The notes under the pieces are model-generated. The model saw only the letters and a program-made list of their open reading frames with translations, did no database searches and was not told the origin of the DNA. Of a stretch of DNA of 9,015 nt, positions 8,101-9,015 are shown piece after piece. Each line of letters starts with the position of its first letter. Position 1 is the stretch's first letter. Origin of the DNA: Octopus sinensis (lineage: Eukaryota); assembly GCF_006345805.1 (NCBI RefSeq), contig NW_021828185.1, positions 1-9,015 on the forward strand, written 5' to 3'. Both the position numbers and the translations under genes were made by a program.

Positions 8101-8362
8101 TTTCCGACCTGTGGGCTTATGTCGAACAACTGCTGTCACGTGTGGGACGAGTCGGTTTATCAGCCGAGTCTATCGTCAATATTGTCACGCCTCCTTCCTT
8201 CAAACGGGAAGGAAGAGCTATTTTCATCATCCTTGTGGCTATGGCGAAAGAATGTATCTGGTGGACACGTCTGAAAGGATTGGAGACAAACACTTTCTTC
8301 TCTGGTCAATCTCTCATCAACTTCTTCAAGTATCACTTGAAAAGGAAAGTGAGAGTAGAGAG
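5164..8362 (+). pseudogene. ORF2 pseudogene (APE endonuclease + reverse transcriptase + CCHC zinc finger)
   Basis: ATG at 5164 (MIKIGCVNARGL). APE motifs are NARGL, ISETR, VYAP, GDWN, YLDRIL and TDH. RT motifs are KSPGLDG, FRPITLLN, DQSKAFDRVDH, VRQGCPLS, YADD (7212-7223) and KINLEKS. The finger CPRCGQSNETVLHALVRC starts at 8040. In-frame stops lie at 5320, 6269, 6344, 6761, 7446, 7461, 7503 and 8007. Frameshifts occur near 6203 and in ~7140-7165. Confidence 0.95.
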
Positions 8363-8377
8363 TATATATATATACAC

Positions 8378-8459
8378 GAGGCCATAGTAGAAGATACTTG
8401 CCCAAGGTGCCAAGCAGTGGGACTGATCCCGGAACCATGTGATTGGGAAGCACTGCCAC
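8378..8459 (-). mobile_element. 5' part of a tRNA-derived SINE (same family as 3007-3084)
   Basis: The minus strand reads ...TGCTTCCCAATCACATGGTTCCGGGATCAGTCCCACTGCTTGGCACCTTGGGCAAGTATCTTCTACTATGGCCTC, with a B-box-like GGATCAGTCCC and a CORE-like CCTTGGGCAAGT. Confidence 0.75.
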
Positions 8460-8468
8460 GTATGCGCC

Positions 8469-8575
8469 TATATATATATATATATTATATATATAATATA
8501 TATTAATATTAATATATATATATATATATATACCTATATATACATATATATAGATAAATATATATATGTATACAT
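8469..8575. repeat. Interrupted (TA)n microsatellite
   Basis: Read directly. Confidence 0.95.
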
Positions 8576-9015
8576 AAAAGTACAAAGTGAGATAGGGGTT
8601 ATGAGTGTAACCCACTATGGGATATCATTTATCCAATATACTGCCAGTAAAGTACCCAGAAAGGCTAATACATAAATGCTTACAATTGCAATGCAATTAG
8701 CTCATTTATTGTATTATATGGGCGAAGGTAAAATGTTTACCTCAAATTCATAATACAAAATAAGAAAATGGAGGAATAGATTTCTTTCAATCATCAACTT
8801 CCAGATAATACCAATTCATATAATTTATTAACTAATTAATTAAATTAAATTGGAACATCCAAATCCAACAGAATAAGACAGAATAAAACAATATACATCA
8901 ATAAGTAAGATAAAACCATAAAAATAATACATATAAAATGGATCTTACAGCTTTTTCAGCCTGTAGATAAAGGTATCTCATTGTGCCTATATTAGTCAAA
9001 TGTATTGAGGTAATA

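Larger units (their letters stand above)
4742..8362 (+). mobile_element. Decayed L1/Tx1-clade non-LTR retrotransposon, truncated at both ends
   Basis: Two-ORF layout (ORF1 remnant, spacer, ORF2). ORF2 shows the APE-RT-CCHC order typical of L1/Tx1. The left end abuts a (TCTA)n array. The right end breaks in mid-ORF2 (KRKVRVE) into (TA)n, with no 3' UTR or tail. Confidence 0.93.

Noticed and set aside
5472-8675. Antisense and alternative-frame ORFs over and just after ORF2
   Set aside because: They are expected in GC-rich coding sequence or derive from (TA)n, and all recognisable motifs lie in the ORF2 frames.

Overview
This is repeat-dominated eukaryotic DNA, and no intact host gene is evident. 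The SINE families and microsatellite density suggest a cephalopod (Octopus-like) genome, which is an inference from recalled repeat families and not a database result. The main feature is a decayed L1/Tx1-clade non-LTR retrotransposon (~4742-8362, +). It retains an ORF1 3' remnant and an ORF2 pseudogene (APE endonuclease, RT with YADD, C-terminal CCHC finger) carrying 8 premature stops, several frameshifts and an internal deletion. The left half is a mosaic of tRNA-derived SINE remnants, two oppositely oriented fragments of an RLE-endonuclease (R4/Dong-like) LINE, a complete non-autonomous Helitron, two copies of a ~180-bp repeat with a minimal hammerhead-like motif, and many microsatellites. 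The most notable observation is that the 44-nt segment 5116-5159 spanning the ORF1 stop and ORF1-ORF2 spacer looks like a GT-AG intron whose removal fuses ORF1 in frame to ORF2. Most ORFs in the supplied track are microsatellite or antisense artefacts.
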